Source: an uncultured bacterium (lineage in GTDB: Bacteria; Cyanobacteriota; Vampirovibrionia; Gastranaerophilales; Gastranaerophilaceae). Taken from it: a stretch of 64,000 nt of DNA. The notes below the pieces were generated by a model. The model saw only the letters and a list, made by a program, of their open reading frames with translations, made no database searches and was not told where the DNA came from. The first letter of the stretch is position 1. Every line of letters begins with the position of its first letter. The position numbers were made by a program, and so were the translations under genes. The stretch spans positions 48,454-112,453 of the forward strand of contig CASFNW010000002.1 of assembly GCA_949296245.1 (NCBI GenBank). The letters are read 5' to 3'. Positions 17,381 through 26,796 of this stretch are shown here, piece after piece.

Positions 17381-20300
17381 ATGCCAGCTAAAACAATAAC
17401 AGTTGATGGTAACTACGCTGCAGCGCATGTTGCGTATGCATTGAGCGAAGTATCAGCAATTTACCCTATCACTCCTTCTTCCACAATGGGCGAATGGGTT
17501 GATGAATGGGCATCACAACACAAAAAGAACATCTGGGGCAAAGAAGTGAAAGTAGCAGAAATGCAATCCGAAGCAGGTGCTGCAGGTGCAGTACACGGTT
17601 CTTTGGCTGCAGGTGCTTTGACTTCTACATATACAGCATCTCAGGGTTTATTATTGATGATTCCTGTAATGCACAAAGTTGCAGGTGAAATGCTTCCGCA
17701 CGTAATCCACGTATCAGCACGTGCTCTTGCTGCTCAATCACTCGCAATCTTTGGCGACCACACAGACGTTATGGGCTGCAGAAATACAGGTTATGCAATG
17801 CTTGCTGCTAACTCGGTTCAAGAAGAAATGGATATGGCTCTTGTTGCTCACCTTTCAACTTACAAAGCTAAAGTTCCTTTCTTGCAGTTCTTTGACGGTT
17901 TCAGAACTTCTCACGAAGTACACAAAATTGAAGAAATTTCTTACGAAGATATAGCAAAACTGGTTGAACCAAAATATATTGAAGAATTCAAAAAAAGAGG
18001 TATGAGACCGGAAGCTCCTGTATGTAAAGTCGGTGCACAAAACACAGACGTTTACTTCCAGGGCAGAGAAACAGTAAACAAATACTATGATGCTGTACCT
18101 GATATTGTTCAGGAATATATGGATAAAGTTGCTGCAGTGACAGGCAGACAGTATCATCCGTTCGATTATGTAGGTGCACTTGATGCAACCGATGTTATTG
18201 TTGCTATAGGTTCCGGCTGTGAAGCTATCGAAGAAACAATCGAATACCTCAATGCAAACAGAGGTACAAAATACGGTCTTGTTAAAGTTAGATTGTACAG
18301 ACCGTTTGATACAAAACGCTTTAACGCTGCATTGCCTGCATCTGTTAAACGTATTGCTGTATTAGACAGAACAAAAGAACCCGGTTCTATCGGCGAACCT
18401 TTATATATGGACGTTGTAGCCGCTCTTGAAAACAAAGACATCAGAGTTATCGGCGGACGTTACGGTTTATCTTCTAAAGAATTTACACCTTCTATGGTTC
18501 TTGCTGTATACAAACACCTTGAAAACAACGGTTTCCACGGCTTTACAGTAGGTATCGAAGATGATGTAACTCATAAATCATTAAAAATTGAAGAACACAT
18601 CGTTACAGAACCTGCCGGAACAACAAACTGTATGTTCTGGGGTCTTGGTTCTGACGGTACAGTCGGTGCTAACAAAAACTCAATCAAAATTATCGGTCAA
18701 TACACTAACAAAGATGCTCAGGCTTACTTTGCTTATGACTCTAAAAAATCTTTTGGTGTAACTGTTTCTCACTTGAGATTCGGCGACAAACCGATTAAAT
18801 CTACATACTTAATCACAGCACCGGATTTTGTTTCTTGCTCTGCTCATTCTTATATCGGCAGATATGACCTGTTAAAAGGTATCAAAGAAGGCGGTGTATT
18901 CCTCCTTAACAGCCCTTGGTCAAAAGAAGAAGCATTCTCTCACTTAACAAGAGATATGCAAGAAACTATCGTCAATAAGAAAATCAAATTCTATAACATA
19001 GACGCTGAAGCTCTTATTGAAAAACAACCGGGCTTAAGAGGCAAGGGTGCAAACACAGTAATGATGGTTGCTTACTTCAAAGTGTCAGGTATCATTCCTT
19101 TTGAACAAGCTTTGGAAGGTATGAGAGAAATGACTAAGAAAACCTTCAAGAAAAAAGGCGACGACGTTGTTAACATGAACCTTGCATTGATTGATGCAGC
19201 TGTTGATGCCTGCGAAGAAGTTGTTGTACCTTCTTCATTAGACGGTGTAGAAGCAGCAGCTCCGGTTAAATTCATCTCTGATGATGCATCAGACTTTGCT
19301 AAGAAAATCATCGAACCTTCAATGAGACAAAAAGGCGACGACATTCCTGTATCAGCAATGTCTAATGACGGTGTAATTCCGACTGGCACATCTTGTCTGG
19401 AAAAACGTGCAATTGCGCCGCGTGTTCCTCACTGGAATTCAGAAGCTTGTATCCAGTGCGGTATCTGTGCTTCTGCTTGTCCGCACGCTGCAATCAGAAC
19501 AAAACTTGTTGAAAAAGAAAATCTTGGCAATGCTCCAGAATCTTTCAACACAGTAGAAGCTAAACCTAACCTCAACGGCGAACACTTTAAAGTTCAGGTT
19601 TACTGCAAAGATTGTACAGGCTGCGGCGTTTGCGTTGACCAGTGTCCTGCTAATAAGAACCCTGAAAAACAGGCTCTTACATGGTCTTCTGTAGAAGCAG
19701 AAGAAGCTGCCGGCGAATGCGTAAACGAAAAATTCTTTGACGAATTACCTGACAACGTAATGGGCAAAAACACTACAAAAACAATCAAAGGTGCAATGCT
19801 CAGAAAACCGTTGTTTGAATTCTCAGGCGCTTGCGCAGGCTGCGGTGAAACACCTTACGTTAAACTTGTTTCTCAATTGTTCGGTGAAAATGCTATTGTT
19901 GCTAACGCAACAGGTTGTTCTTCAATCTACTCCGGTACATTCCCGACAATTCCTTATACTACAACTAAGGAAGGAAGAGGACCGGCATGGGCTAACTCAC
20001 TGTTTGAAGACAACGCTGAGTTTGGTTTCGGTATGAGATTGGCAGTTGATCAAAACAGAGATACTTTGAAAACTTATGTTGAAAAAGTTCTTGAAAATGA
20101 AAAAACACCTGCTGACCTTAAAGAAGCTTTAAATGAAGCAATGTCTCACTGGGATAATTCAAAAACTGACGAAGCAGTTGCTGCACAAAACAAAGCAAAA
20201 GAAGTTCTTGCAAAATATGCAGACTGCGGATGTCCTGATTTAGCAAAAGTAAGAGAGCTGGAAGACTACTTTACTGATAAATCAGTATGGATTATCGGTG

Positions 20301-20914
20301 GTGACGGATGGGCTAATGATATCGGCTACGGCGGTATTGACCACGTTCTTGCTCAAAACAAAAACGTTAACATCCTTGTACTCGATACAGAGGTATACTC
20401 TAACACAGGCGGTCAGGCTTCTAAGTCTACACCGACAGGTGCTGTTGCAAAATTTGCTACAGGCGGTAAACCGACCTACAAGAAAAACATGGGCTTGATG
20501 AGCATGTCTTACGGTTATGTATATGTTGCATCAGTTGCATTGGGTGCTGACAGAGCACAAACTCTTAAAGCATTCCAGGAAGCTGAAGCATACAACGGAC
20601 CGTCTATCATCTTTGCTTATGCTCCTTGTATCGCTCACGGTATCGATATGAGTAAAACTCAGACAGAACAAAAACGTGCTGTTGAGGCAGGCTACTATCC
20701 GTTATACAGATACAACCCTGCTAATGAGCAGCCGTTCACTTGGGATGCAAAAGATCCTAAAGAAAGCTATCAGGACTTTATCAGAAGCGAAGGCAGATAC
20801 AAACAGCTCGCCAAGACAAATCCTGAACATGCAGAAGAACTCTATTCTCAGGCAGAAAAAGATGCTGCTAAGAGAATGGCTATGTTCAAAGCAGTCGGTG
20901 AACTTGTAAAATAA
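17381..20914 (+). CDS. nifJ: Pyruvate:ferredoxin (flavodoxin) oxidoreductase, single-polypeptide PFOR
   Basis: 1177 aa. Two ferredoxin-type clusters (CIQCGICASACPHAAI and CTGCGVCVDQCP), TPP-binding GGDGWANDIGYGG...DTEVYSNTGGQ, and the canonical PFOR N-terminus TVDGNYAAAHVAYALSEV. Strong SD (AAGGAGGA). Confidence 0.95.
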   Translation: MPAKTITVDGNYAAAHVAYALSEVSAIYPITPSSTMGEWVDEWASQHKKNIWGKEVKVAEMQSEAGAAGAVHGSLAAGALTSTYTASQGLLLMIPVMHKVAGEMLPHVIHVSARALAAQSLAIFGDHTDVMGCRNTGYAMLAANSVQEEMDMALVAHLSTYKAKVPFLQFFDGFRTSHEVHKIEEISYEDIAKLVEPKYIEEFKKRGMRPEAPVCKVGAQNTDVYFQGRETVNKYYDAVPDIVQEYMDKVAAVTGRQYHPFDYVGALDATDVIVAIGSGCEAIEETIEYLNANRGTKYGLVKVRLYRPFDTKRFNAALPASVKRIAVLDRTKEPGSIGEPLYMDVVAALENKDIRVIGGRYGLSSKEFTPSMVLAVYKHLENNGFHGFTVGIEDDVTHKSLKIEEHIVTEPAGTTNCMFWGLGSDGTVGANKNSIKIIGQYTNKDAQAYFAYDSKKSFGVTVSHLRFGDKPIKSTYLITAPDFVSCSAHSYIGRYDLLKGIKEGGVFLLNSPWSKEEAFSHLTRDMQETIVNKKIKFYNIDAEALIEKQPGLRGKGANTVMMVAYFKVSGIIPFEQALEGMREMTKKTFKKKGDDVVNMNLALIDAAVDACEEVVVPSSLDGVEAAAPVKFISDDASDFAKKIIEPSMRQKGDDIPVSAMSNDGVIPTGTSCLEKRAIAPRVPHWNSEACIQCGICASACPHAAIRTKLVEKENLGNAPESFNTVEAKPNLNGEHFKVQVYCKDCTGCGVCVDQCPANKNPEKQALTWSSVEAEEAAGECVNEKFFDELPDNVMGKNTTKTIKGAMLRKPLFEFSGACAGCGETPYVKLVSQLFGENAIVANATGCSSIYSGTFPTIPYTTTKEGRGPAWANSLFEDNAEFGFGMRLAVDQNRDTLKTYVEKVLENEKTPADLKEALNEAMSHWDNSKTDEAVAAQNKAKEVLAKYADCGCPDLAKVRELEDYFTDKSVWIIGGDGWANDIGYGGIDHVLAQNKNVNILVLDTEVYSNTGGQASKSTPTGAVAKFATGGKPTYKKNMGLMSMSYGYVYVASVALGADRAQTLKAFQEAEAYNGPSIIFAYAPCIAHGIDMSKTQTEQKRAVEAGYYPLYRYNPANEQPFTWDAKDPKESYQDFIRSEGRYKQLAKTNPEHAEELYSQAEKDAAKRMAMFKAVGELVK

Positions 20915-20940
20915 CAAATAAACATAATTGTTATTTTCAT

Positions 20941-20976
20941 AAAAGATGAGATACCCAAAAGGTGTCTCATCTTTTT
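20941..20976 (+). terminator. Rho-independent terminator after nifJ
   Basis: GATGAGATACC (20945-20955) / GGTGTCTCATC (20961-20971), AAAA loop, then a T-run. An A-run upstream makes it potentially bidirectional for aroE. Confidence 0.8.
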
Positions 20977-21025
20977 AATTTATTTTATACAAAATTACTT
21001 CGGAGACTTCTGCACTTTTGTATTA

Positions 21026-21877
21026 TTAATCAGCAAGTTCTTCTAATGCTGCGATTTTCATTACATCCGGTTTTGCCTTTTCTCCTGTCCATATTTCAAA
21101 AGCTTTTGCGCCTTGATAAACCAGCATATCAAGACCGGTAATTGTTCTGTAACCGTTTCTGTTGGCAAGTTTTATAAATTCTGTTTTCAAAGGATTGTAT
21201 ACAATATCATAAACAGCTGCGCCTTCAGGCAGGGTTTTTATTATATCTTCATCAACAGGACTTATGCCGGGGGCCTTGCCTTTCATTCCTATAGGCGTTG
21301 AGTTTACAAGCATTTTTGAATCTGACAAATTCCTAAGGCTTTGCATTTGCTTAAGATTGAATGTTATATCAGAAAAACTTTCCCTTAAAAAATTCACCAT
21401 ATTGCTTGCATTGATTATGTTTCTTGCGTAGAAATCTATCTGAGATACGCCAATGTCACAAAGAGCAATCGATGCCGCTCTTGAAGCGCCTCCTGTGCCC
21501 AGTATAGAAACTTTTTGTCCTTTTAGCTCTTTCTGTAATTCAGGTGTTATTGCCTTTTGAAAACCGTATATGTCCGTATTGTATCCGTACAACGTTTTAT
21601 CAGGCATGATTTTTACTGTATTGGCACATCCTGCAAGGTCTGCAAGTTTGTCACATCCGTCTAAAAAAAGAGTAATAGGCACTTTATGCGGGATTGTTAC
21701 ATTAAAACCCATATATCCCTGTGATTTTAATTGTTTTATCCTTGTAACAAGATCTTCACTTTCTGTGTCTAAAAGTTCATAAGTACCTTCGATACCAAGG
21801 TTCTCCAGCATTGCATTATGCATAGCAGCAGACAATGACTGTGTCAGAGGATGTCCAATCAGTGCAAATTTAATCAT
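21026..21877 (-). CDS. aroE: Shikimate dehydrogenase
   Basis: 283 aa. NVTIPHK, GYNTD and ILGTGGASRA motifs. The start overlaps the topA stop by 8 nt. Confidence 0.9.
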   Translation of the reverse strand: MIKFALIGHPLTQSLSAAMHNAMLENLGIEGTYELLDTESEDLVTRIKQLKSQGYMGFNVTIPHKVPITLFLDGCDKLADLAGCANTVKIMPDKTLYGYNTDIYGFQKAITPELQKELKGQKVSILGTGGASRAASIALCDIGVSQIDFYARNIINASNMVNFLRESFSDITFNLKQMQSLRNLSDSKMLVNSTPIGMKGKAPGISPVDEDIIKTLPEGAAVYDIVYNPLKTEFIKLANRNGYRTITGLDMLVYQGAKAFEIWTGEKAKPDVMKIAALEELAD

Positions 21878-24212
21878 TAGAGCCTTCTTCCTGTTCTAAT
21901 GGTTTTGAAAAAGAACATTCATTATTTGAACAAACAAGCTTTGATTCTTTTTTTGTAATCTTTTTAACAAGATAAGCACCGCAATCAGGGCATTTTTCTT
22001 TTACCGGTTCATTCCAGGAAACAAAATCACAATCCGGATATTTGCTGCAGCCGTAGAATATTTTTCCGTATTTCGATTTTCTCTGGATTATTTCGCCTTT
22101 GCCGCATTTTGGACATGTAACTCCTGTTGAAACAACAAGACGTTTGCGGTGTTTGCATTCATCATTTGTGCATTGCAGATATCTGCCGTATGGTCCTGTT
22201 TTTATAATCATTTCAGCGCCGCATTTTTCACATTTTTCATCACTTTTTTCTTCAACCGGTGCTGCTGTGCCGTCTTTATTTAAAGGCAGCATTGTTTTAC
22301 ATTCGGGATATCCTGAACAGCCCAAAAACTGTGTTCCAAAACGGCTTGTTCTTACTATCATTTTTTTACCGCAATTCGGGCAAACTACATCTGACTCAAT
22401 AAGAACCTTTGGCATGTTCTGTTTTGCAGAATTTACAGTATCATTAAACGGTGTATAAAATTCTTTTAAAACGTCTGTCCATACAGCTTTTTCTTCTGCA
22501 ATGTCATCAAGCTTTGTTTCCATCTGGGCAGTGAATTGATAATTCATTATATCCGTAAAGTATTTAACAAGCTCTCTGCTCAAAGTTCTGCCAAGTATCG
22601 TAGGAGCAAGAGCTTTGTCCTGTTTTTCAACATAACCTTTTTGCTGAATTTTTGAGATAATTGGAGCATAAGTAGACGGTCTGCCGATTCCGTATTCTTC
22701 AAGCGCTTTTACAAGCGAAGCTTCTGTGTATCTTGGAGGAGGCTGTGTAAAGTGCTGCTTTGGATTAATATTTTGCAGTTTTATTTCATCACCCTGCTCA
22801 AGATCAGGAATTTTGCTGGAATCAGGCTCATCCTCATTTTCATTATAAACTTTTAAAAATCCGTCAAAGACAACTTTGCTTGTACCTGTTTTAAATAAAT
22901 AATCACCTGCTGTAATATCAACGGAGGTGTTTTTTACTTTTGCATTTTCCATCTGCGATGCAATAAATCTTGCCCAGATTAATTTATATAATCTGTATTG
23001 CTCCGAGGTTAAATATTGTTTTATGCTGTCAGGCGTTCTTTCTATGTACGAAGGTCTGATTGCTTCGTGTGCATCCTGTACGTTTTTTCCGCCTTTTACA
23101 TAATTGTTTGGAGTTTTCGGGTAATAATTGTCTCCAAAATTCTGCGTAATATACTCCTTGGCTGCAGTCTGTGCATCGTCAGAGATTCTGACAGAGTCTG
23201 TTCTCATATAAGTAATTAAACCGACAGGTTCACCGCCTATTTCAATACCTTCATACAGCTTTTGTGCTATCTGCATAGTCTTGGAAACGCCGTAACCGAG
23301 TTTACTGCTGGCTTCTCTTTGCAGAGTTGAAGTTATAAACGGAGCCGCCGGCTTTCTCTGTGTATCCCTGAATGTTACTTTTGAAACTTCATATTTTAGC
23401 CCTTTTTTATTTAGTTCCGAAACAATTTTGTCGGCTTCTTCTTTATTCTTTATTTCAATTTTTTTATCTTTATATTTTATAAGCTCCGCACTGAAAGGAA
23501 GTTTGCCTTTTAATAAATCCGCAGTAATTGACCAGTATTCGACAGGTTTAAACGCATCTATTTCATCTTCTCTTTCGCAAATCATTCGCAGTGCAACACT
23601 CTGCACTCTGCCGGCCGAGAGTCTGTAGTTTCTCATTTTTTCCCACAATACAGGGCTGATTTTATAGCCTACAAGTCTATCAAGAATTTGTCTTGTCTGC
23701 TGAGCTTTTACCCGCTCCATATCAATTTGTCTGGGGTGCTCTACTGCATTTTTTATTGCTTTTGGGGTAATTTCGTTAAATTCAATTCTGTTTATTTTGT
23801 CATCAGGTACATCAAGAACCTGTCTTACATGCCATGCAATAGCCTCTCCCTCGCGATCAGGATCGGATGCAAGATATATTTTATCTGATTTTTTTGCAAG
23901 TTCATTGAGCTTTTTTACAACAACTTTTTTTTCAGGTATGACAATAAATGACGGTTCAAAATTGTTTGCGACATCAAAACCAAGCACTTTGGGCGGAAAA
24001 TCTCTGATGTGCCCGTAACTTGCTTCAATCTGGTATGAGTCACCCAGTATTTTTTTTATCGTTTTTGATTTTGCAGGGGACTCTACTATAACAAGCGCCT
24101 TTTGTCCTTTTTTAAACTTTTGCGTTGGTTGAGAGTTTTCTTTTTCAGATTTTGTTTTTGCTGCCTTTGTTTCTTTTGTTTCCGGTACTTCTTTAGTCTT
24201 TGTTCTTGCCAT
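21870..24212 (-). CDS. topA: DNA topoisomerase I with C-terminal zinc ribbons
   Basis: TOPRIM (LVIVESPAKSKTI, DPDREGEAIAWH), active-site region ITYMRTDS, and four C-terminal C..C...C..C zinc-ribbon repeats. Confidence 0.95.
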   Translation of the reverse strand: MARTKTKEVPETKETKAAKTKSEKENSQPTQKFKKGQKALVIVESPAKSKTIKKILGDSYQIEASYGHIRDFPPKVLGFDVANNFEPSFIVIPEKKVVVKKLNELAKKSDKIYLASDPDREGEAIAWHVRQVLDVPDDKINRIEFNEITPKAIKNAVEHPRQIDMERVKAQQTRQILDRLVGYKISPVLWEKMRNYRLSAGRVQSVALRMICEREDEIDAFKPVEYWSITADLLKGKLPFSAELIKYKDKKIEIKNKEEADKIVSELNKKGLKYEVSKVTFRDTQRKPAAPFITSTLQREASSKLGYGVSKTMQIAQKLYEGIEIGGEPVGLITYMRTDSVRISDDAQTAAKEYITQNFGDNYYPKTPNNYVKGGKNVQDAHEAIRPSYIERTPDSIKQYLTSEQYRLYKLIWARFIASQMENAKVKNTSVDITAGDYLFKTGTSKVVFDGFLKVYNENEDEPDSSKIPDLEQGDEIKLQNINPKQHFTQPPPRYTEASLVKALEEYGIGRPSTYAPIISKIQQKGYVEKQDKALAPTILGRTLSRELVKYFTDIMNYQFTAQMETKLDDIAEEKAVWTDVLKEFYTPFNDTVNSAKQNMPKVLIESDVVCPNCGKKMIVRTSRFGTQFLGCSGYPECKTMLPLNKDGTAAPVEEKSDEKCEKCGAEMIIKTGPYGRYLQCTNDECKHRKRLVVSTGVTCPKCGKGEIIQRKSKYGKIFYGCSKYPDCDFVSWNEPVKEKCPDCGAYLVKKITKKESKLVCSNNECSFSKPLEQEEGSND

Positions 24213-24379
24213 AACCTTAACTTAAATAATTACAATAGATAAGCCTAGATATAATAACATTGAGAAAATTTTTACGCAAATTTTTTCGAATTTGGTATAA
24301 AAAGATGATTTTTTTTGTAAAAGTTAAACTTCTTAATTTTTTCCTCCGATGTCTTTAAAGACATGAGACTGAGGTAGGC

Positions 24380-26062
24380 ATGATTGAGCAACACAAAATG
24401 GATAATACAGGTGATACAGAAAATCTTGACGATTTAAAAAATAGGAAAGATATCGCAATAAAAACACTTGAGAAAGCCAGAATTTACCACGAAAAATATT
24501 TATTAAGATGCAATAGTTCGGATTTGGAAAACGCTGTAAATTATTATATACAGACAATCAAGCAAAATCCTGAAATTCCGGAAACATATTATCGTCTTGC
24601 CTGTCTTATGTTTGAAAACGGTCAAATTTCTTTGGATTCTGCTATAGAACAGTGTAAAGTTGCCGTAGATATTGATCCTGAAAATACTAATGCTCATTTG
24701 TATACAGGCTATTTCTTAAAGCTTGCAAGAGATTTCGATGCAGCAGAGAAAGAGTTTAGAAGAGCAATAAAGATTAACCCTCTTAATGCTGCGCGTCCGA
24801 GAATTATTCTTGCGTCTATGCTCTATGAAAAAATCAATAAAGTGAAGCCTGCTTTTACTGACTTTTTGAGAATGGTTTATTATGCATGCTCCGGGTGTTT
24901 ATCATTTCTGTGGGATTTTGCATCATTAAAAATGATGTATAAAAATATTTCAGATGACGCAATGGTCTTTATGTATAAGACTTACGGCGGTTTCTTGGAA
25001 AAAATTAAAAACAGCTCCATGGCAGTTGCTACTTATGATGTCGCCGCCGAAAATACAGGACGTGATGAATATTTTTATAACCGTATAGGTGATATATGTA
25101 TAAAAGAGCATGCCCCGGAGATTGCTCTTGAGGCATACAAAAAAGTTCTTGAGTCAAATCCATATGACAGAACAGCCCTTATAAAACTTGCAACTTTAAT
25201 TCAAACTCATTTCCCTGACAATCATGACGAAGCAATTGATTGTTATACAAAACTTCTGGAGATTGAGCCTGATAATGACAAAGTTTATTATGAACTCGGT
25301 CATTTATACCTTCAAAAAAATGAGAGTCTGCCGGCAGTAAATGCTTTTTCTATGGCTTTAGAAAAGGATGAAGAGAATCCTTTTTATCATAACAGCATGG
25401 CTTTTGCTCTTGTTCAGCTAGAACAGTATGATGATGCAATAGAACATTATCAAAAGGCTATTAATATAAATCCTGATCCATACTGGACATCTATTGTTTG
25501 TCAGGCATTGGGTTCAGTTTATATGGAAATAAAAAATAATCCGGAGGCAGCTATTGTTTTATATCAGACGGCTGCTGTCTTAAATCCTGATTCTGAAGAA
25601 AGCCAGATTGCAATAGGAGATACTTATTTTTCTATAGAAGATTATGATAACGCAATAAAGGCATATTGTGATGCTATAAAAATTAACCCTGAAAATGCCA
25701 AAGCTTATTGCAAATGCGGTATGGCTCTGTGGGAAAAGGATTATACAGAAGAAGCAATTGTTGCATATCACAAGGCTATAAATCTAAACCCGGAGTATGC
25801 TATTGCATATAACAATCTGGGGGTTATATATCTTGATGATATTGGAAATACACGTGAAGCAATATCGCTTTTTGAAAAGGCTGTATTATCTAACAGTAAT
25901 TATGCTCTTGCTTATTTTAATCTGGGAAGAGCTTTTGCTATTCTCGGCGAAAATACTAAGGCTGCCAAATATTTCCAACAGTCATTGGATTTGAATTCAT
26001 TGACTAATGAGCTGGATGAAGAAGATATTCTTTATAGATTACACAAATTGTTTGAAGTTTAG
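24380..26062 (+). CDS. TPR-repeat protein
   Basis: 560 aa with many 34-aa TPR-like repeats (A..Y.KAI.INPE.A.AY..LG...). SD GAGG 6 nt upstream of the ATG. Confidence 0.85.
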   Translation: MIEQHKMDNTGDTENLDDLKNRKDIAIKTLEKARIYHEKYLLRCNSSDLENAVNYYIQTIKQNPEIPETYYRLACLMFENGQISLDSAIEQCKVAVDIDPENTNAHLYTGYFLKLARDFDAAEKEFRRAIKINPLNAARPRIILASMLYEKINKVKPAFTDFLRMVYYACSGCLSFLWDFASLKMMYKNISDDAMVFMYKTYGGFLEKIKNSSMAVATYDVAAENTGRDEYFYNRIGDICIKEHAPEIALEAYKKVLESNPYDRTALIKLATLIQTHFPDNHDEAIDCYTKLLEIEPDNDKVYYELGHLYLQKNESLPAVNAFSMALEKDEENPFYHNSMAFALVQLEQYDDAIEHYQKAININPDPYWTSIVCQALGSVYMEIKNNPEAAIVLYQTAAVLNPDSEESQIAIGDTYFSIEDYDNAIKAYCDAIKINPENAKAYCKCGMALWEKDYTEEAIVAYHKAINLNPEYAIAYNNLGVIYLDDIGNTREAISLFEKAVLSNSNYALAYFNLGRAFAILGENTKAAKYFQQSLDLNSLTNELDEEDILYRLHKLFEV

Positions 26063-26118
26063 GTTGTTACAATCTTAACAGTTTTGTCTTTTCAAAAAAA
26101 GTTTTATAAACTTTTTAT

Positions 26119-26796
26119 ATGGATATGTTGAGTAATAATTTTAATGATCTGTGTGAAGTTTCAAAAATCAGATTTTTTGTTGCATCTGATTTAAAAAGAG
26201 CTAATTTGAATGATCTTTACGATACATATTGGCTTGAGATGGAAAATCGTTTTCTTGATGCATCTGAAAGAGTTAAAGAAAATCTTTTTGAAAAATTTTT
26301 GATAGATTATCTTACTATTCAAAGAAATGCTGTAATTCCTCAAAAAGACAGCTTATTTACCGAGTTTATTGATTTTTATCAAAATATTTCAAAATTTCAA
26401 AAAAAAGAAATTATTATTAAAAATATCTTTCGATATTCAGTTTATTATTTGAGAATTTATTTTGCTGATTTAAAAGATGATGAAATAAGGAAAAAAATCA
26501 AAACAATTAATGCGTTAAATGCAAATGACTCTTATCCGTTTTTAATGGAAGTTTTTGAGGATTATGAGTTTGCTCATATAAACAGAAGCATGCTTTTGGA
26601 AATTTTGGATACTGTCTTGCATTTTATTGATGAAAGAAACTCCAAAAAGCCTTCTCAAATTGCCTTGACATTTGCAGGTTTGAGCAATGAAATTAATAAG
26701 ATGCTTATTCTGAAAGATTATACGCCTAAATTTGTTGTTGATGAGGAAGAAATTTCTAATAAGTATGAAACAATAAATTCTATTACTGCTGTGTAA
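26119..26796 (+). CDS. Hypothetical protein; possibly a 5'-truncated remnant of a DUF262 (GmrSD N-terminal family) gene
   Basis: 225 aa. FLIDYLTIQRNAVIPQKDSLFTEFIDFYQ resembles the middle helical region of DUF262 proteins, but the N-terminal ParB-like DGQQR nuclease part is missing. Only 55 nt separate it from the upstream gene. Assignment from memory of family patterns only. Confidence 0.4.
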   Translation: MDMLSNNFNDLCEVSKIRFFVASDLKRANLNDLYDTYWLEMENRFLDASERVKENLFEKFLIDYLTIQRNAVIPQKDSLFTEFIDFYQNISKFQKKEIIIKNIFRYSVYYLRIYFADLKDDEIRKKIKTINALNANDSYPFLMEVFEDYEFAHINRSMLLEILDTVLHFIDERNSKKPSQIALTFAGLSNEINKMLILKDYTPKFVVDEEEISNKYETINSITAV

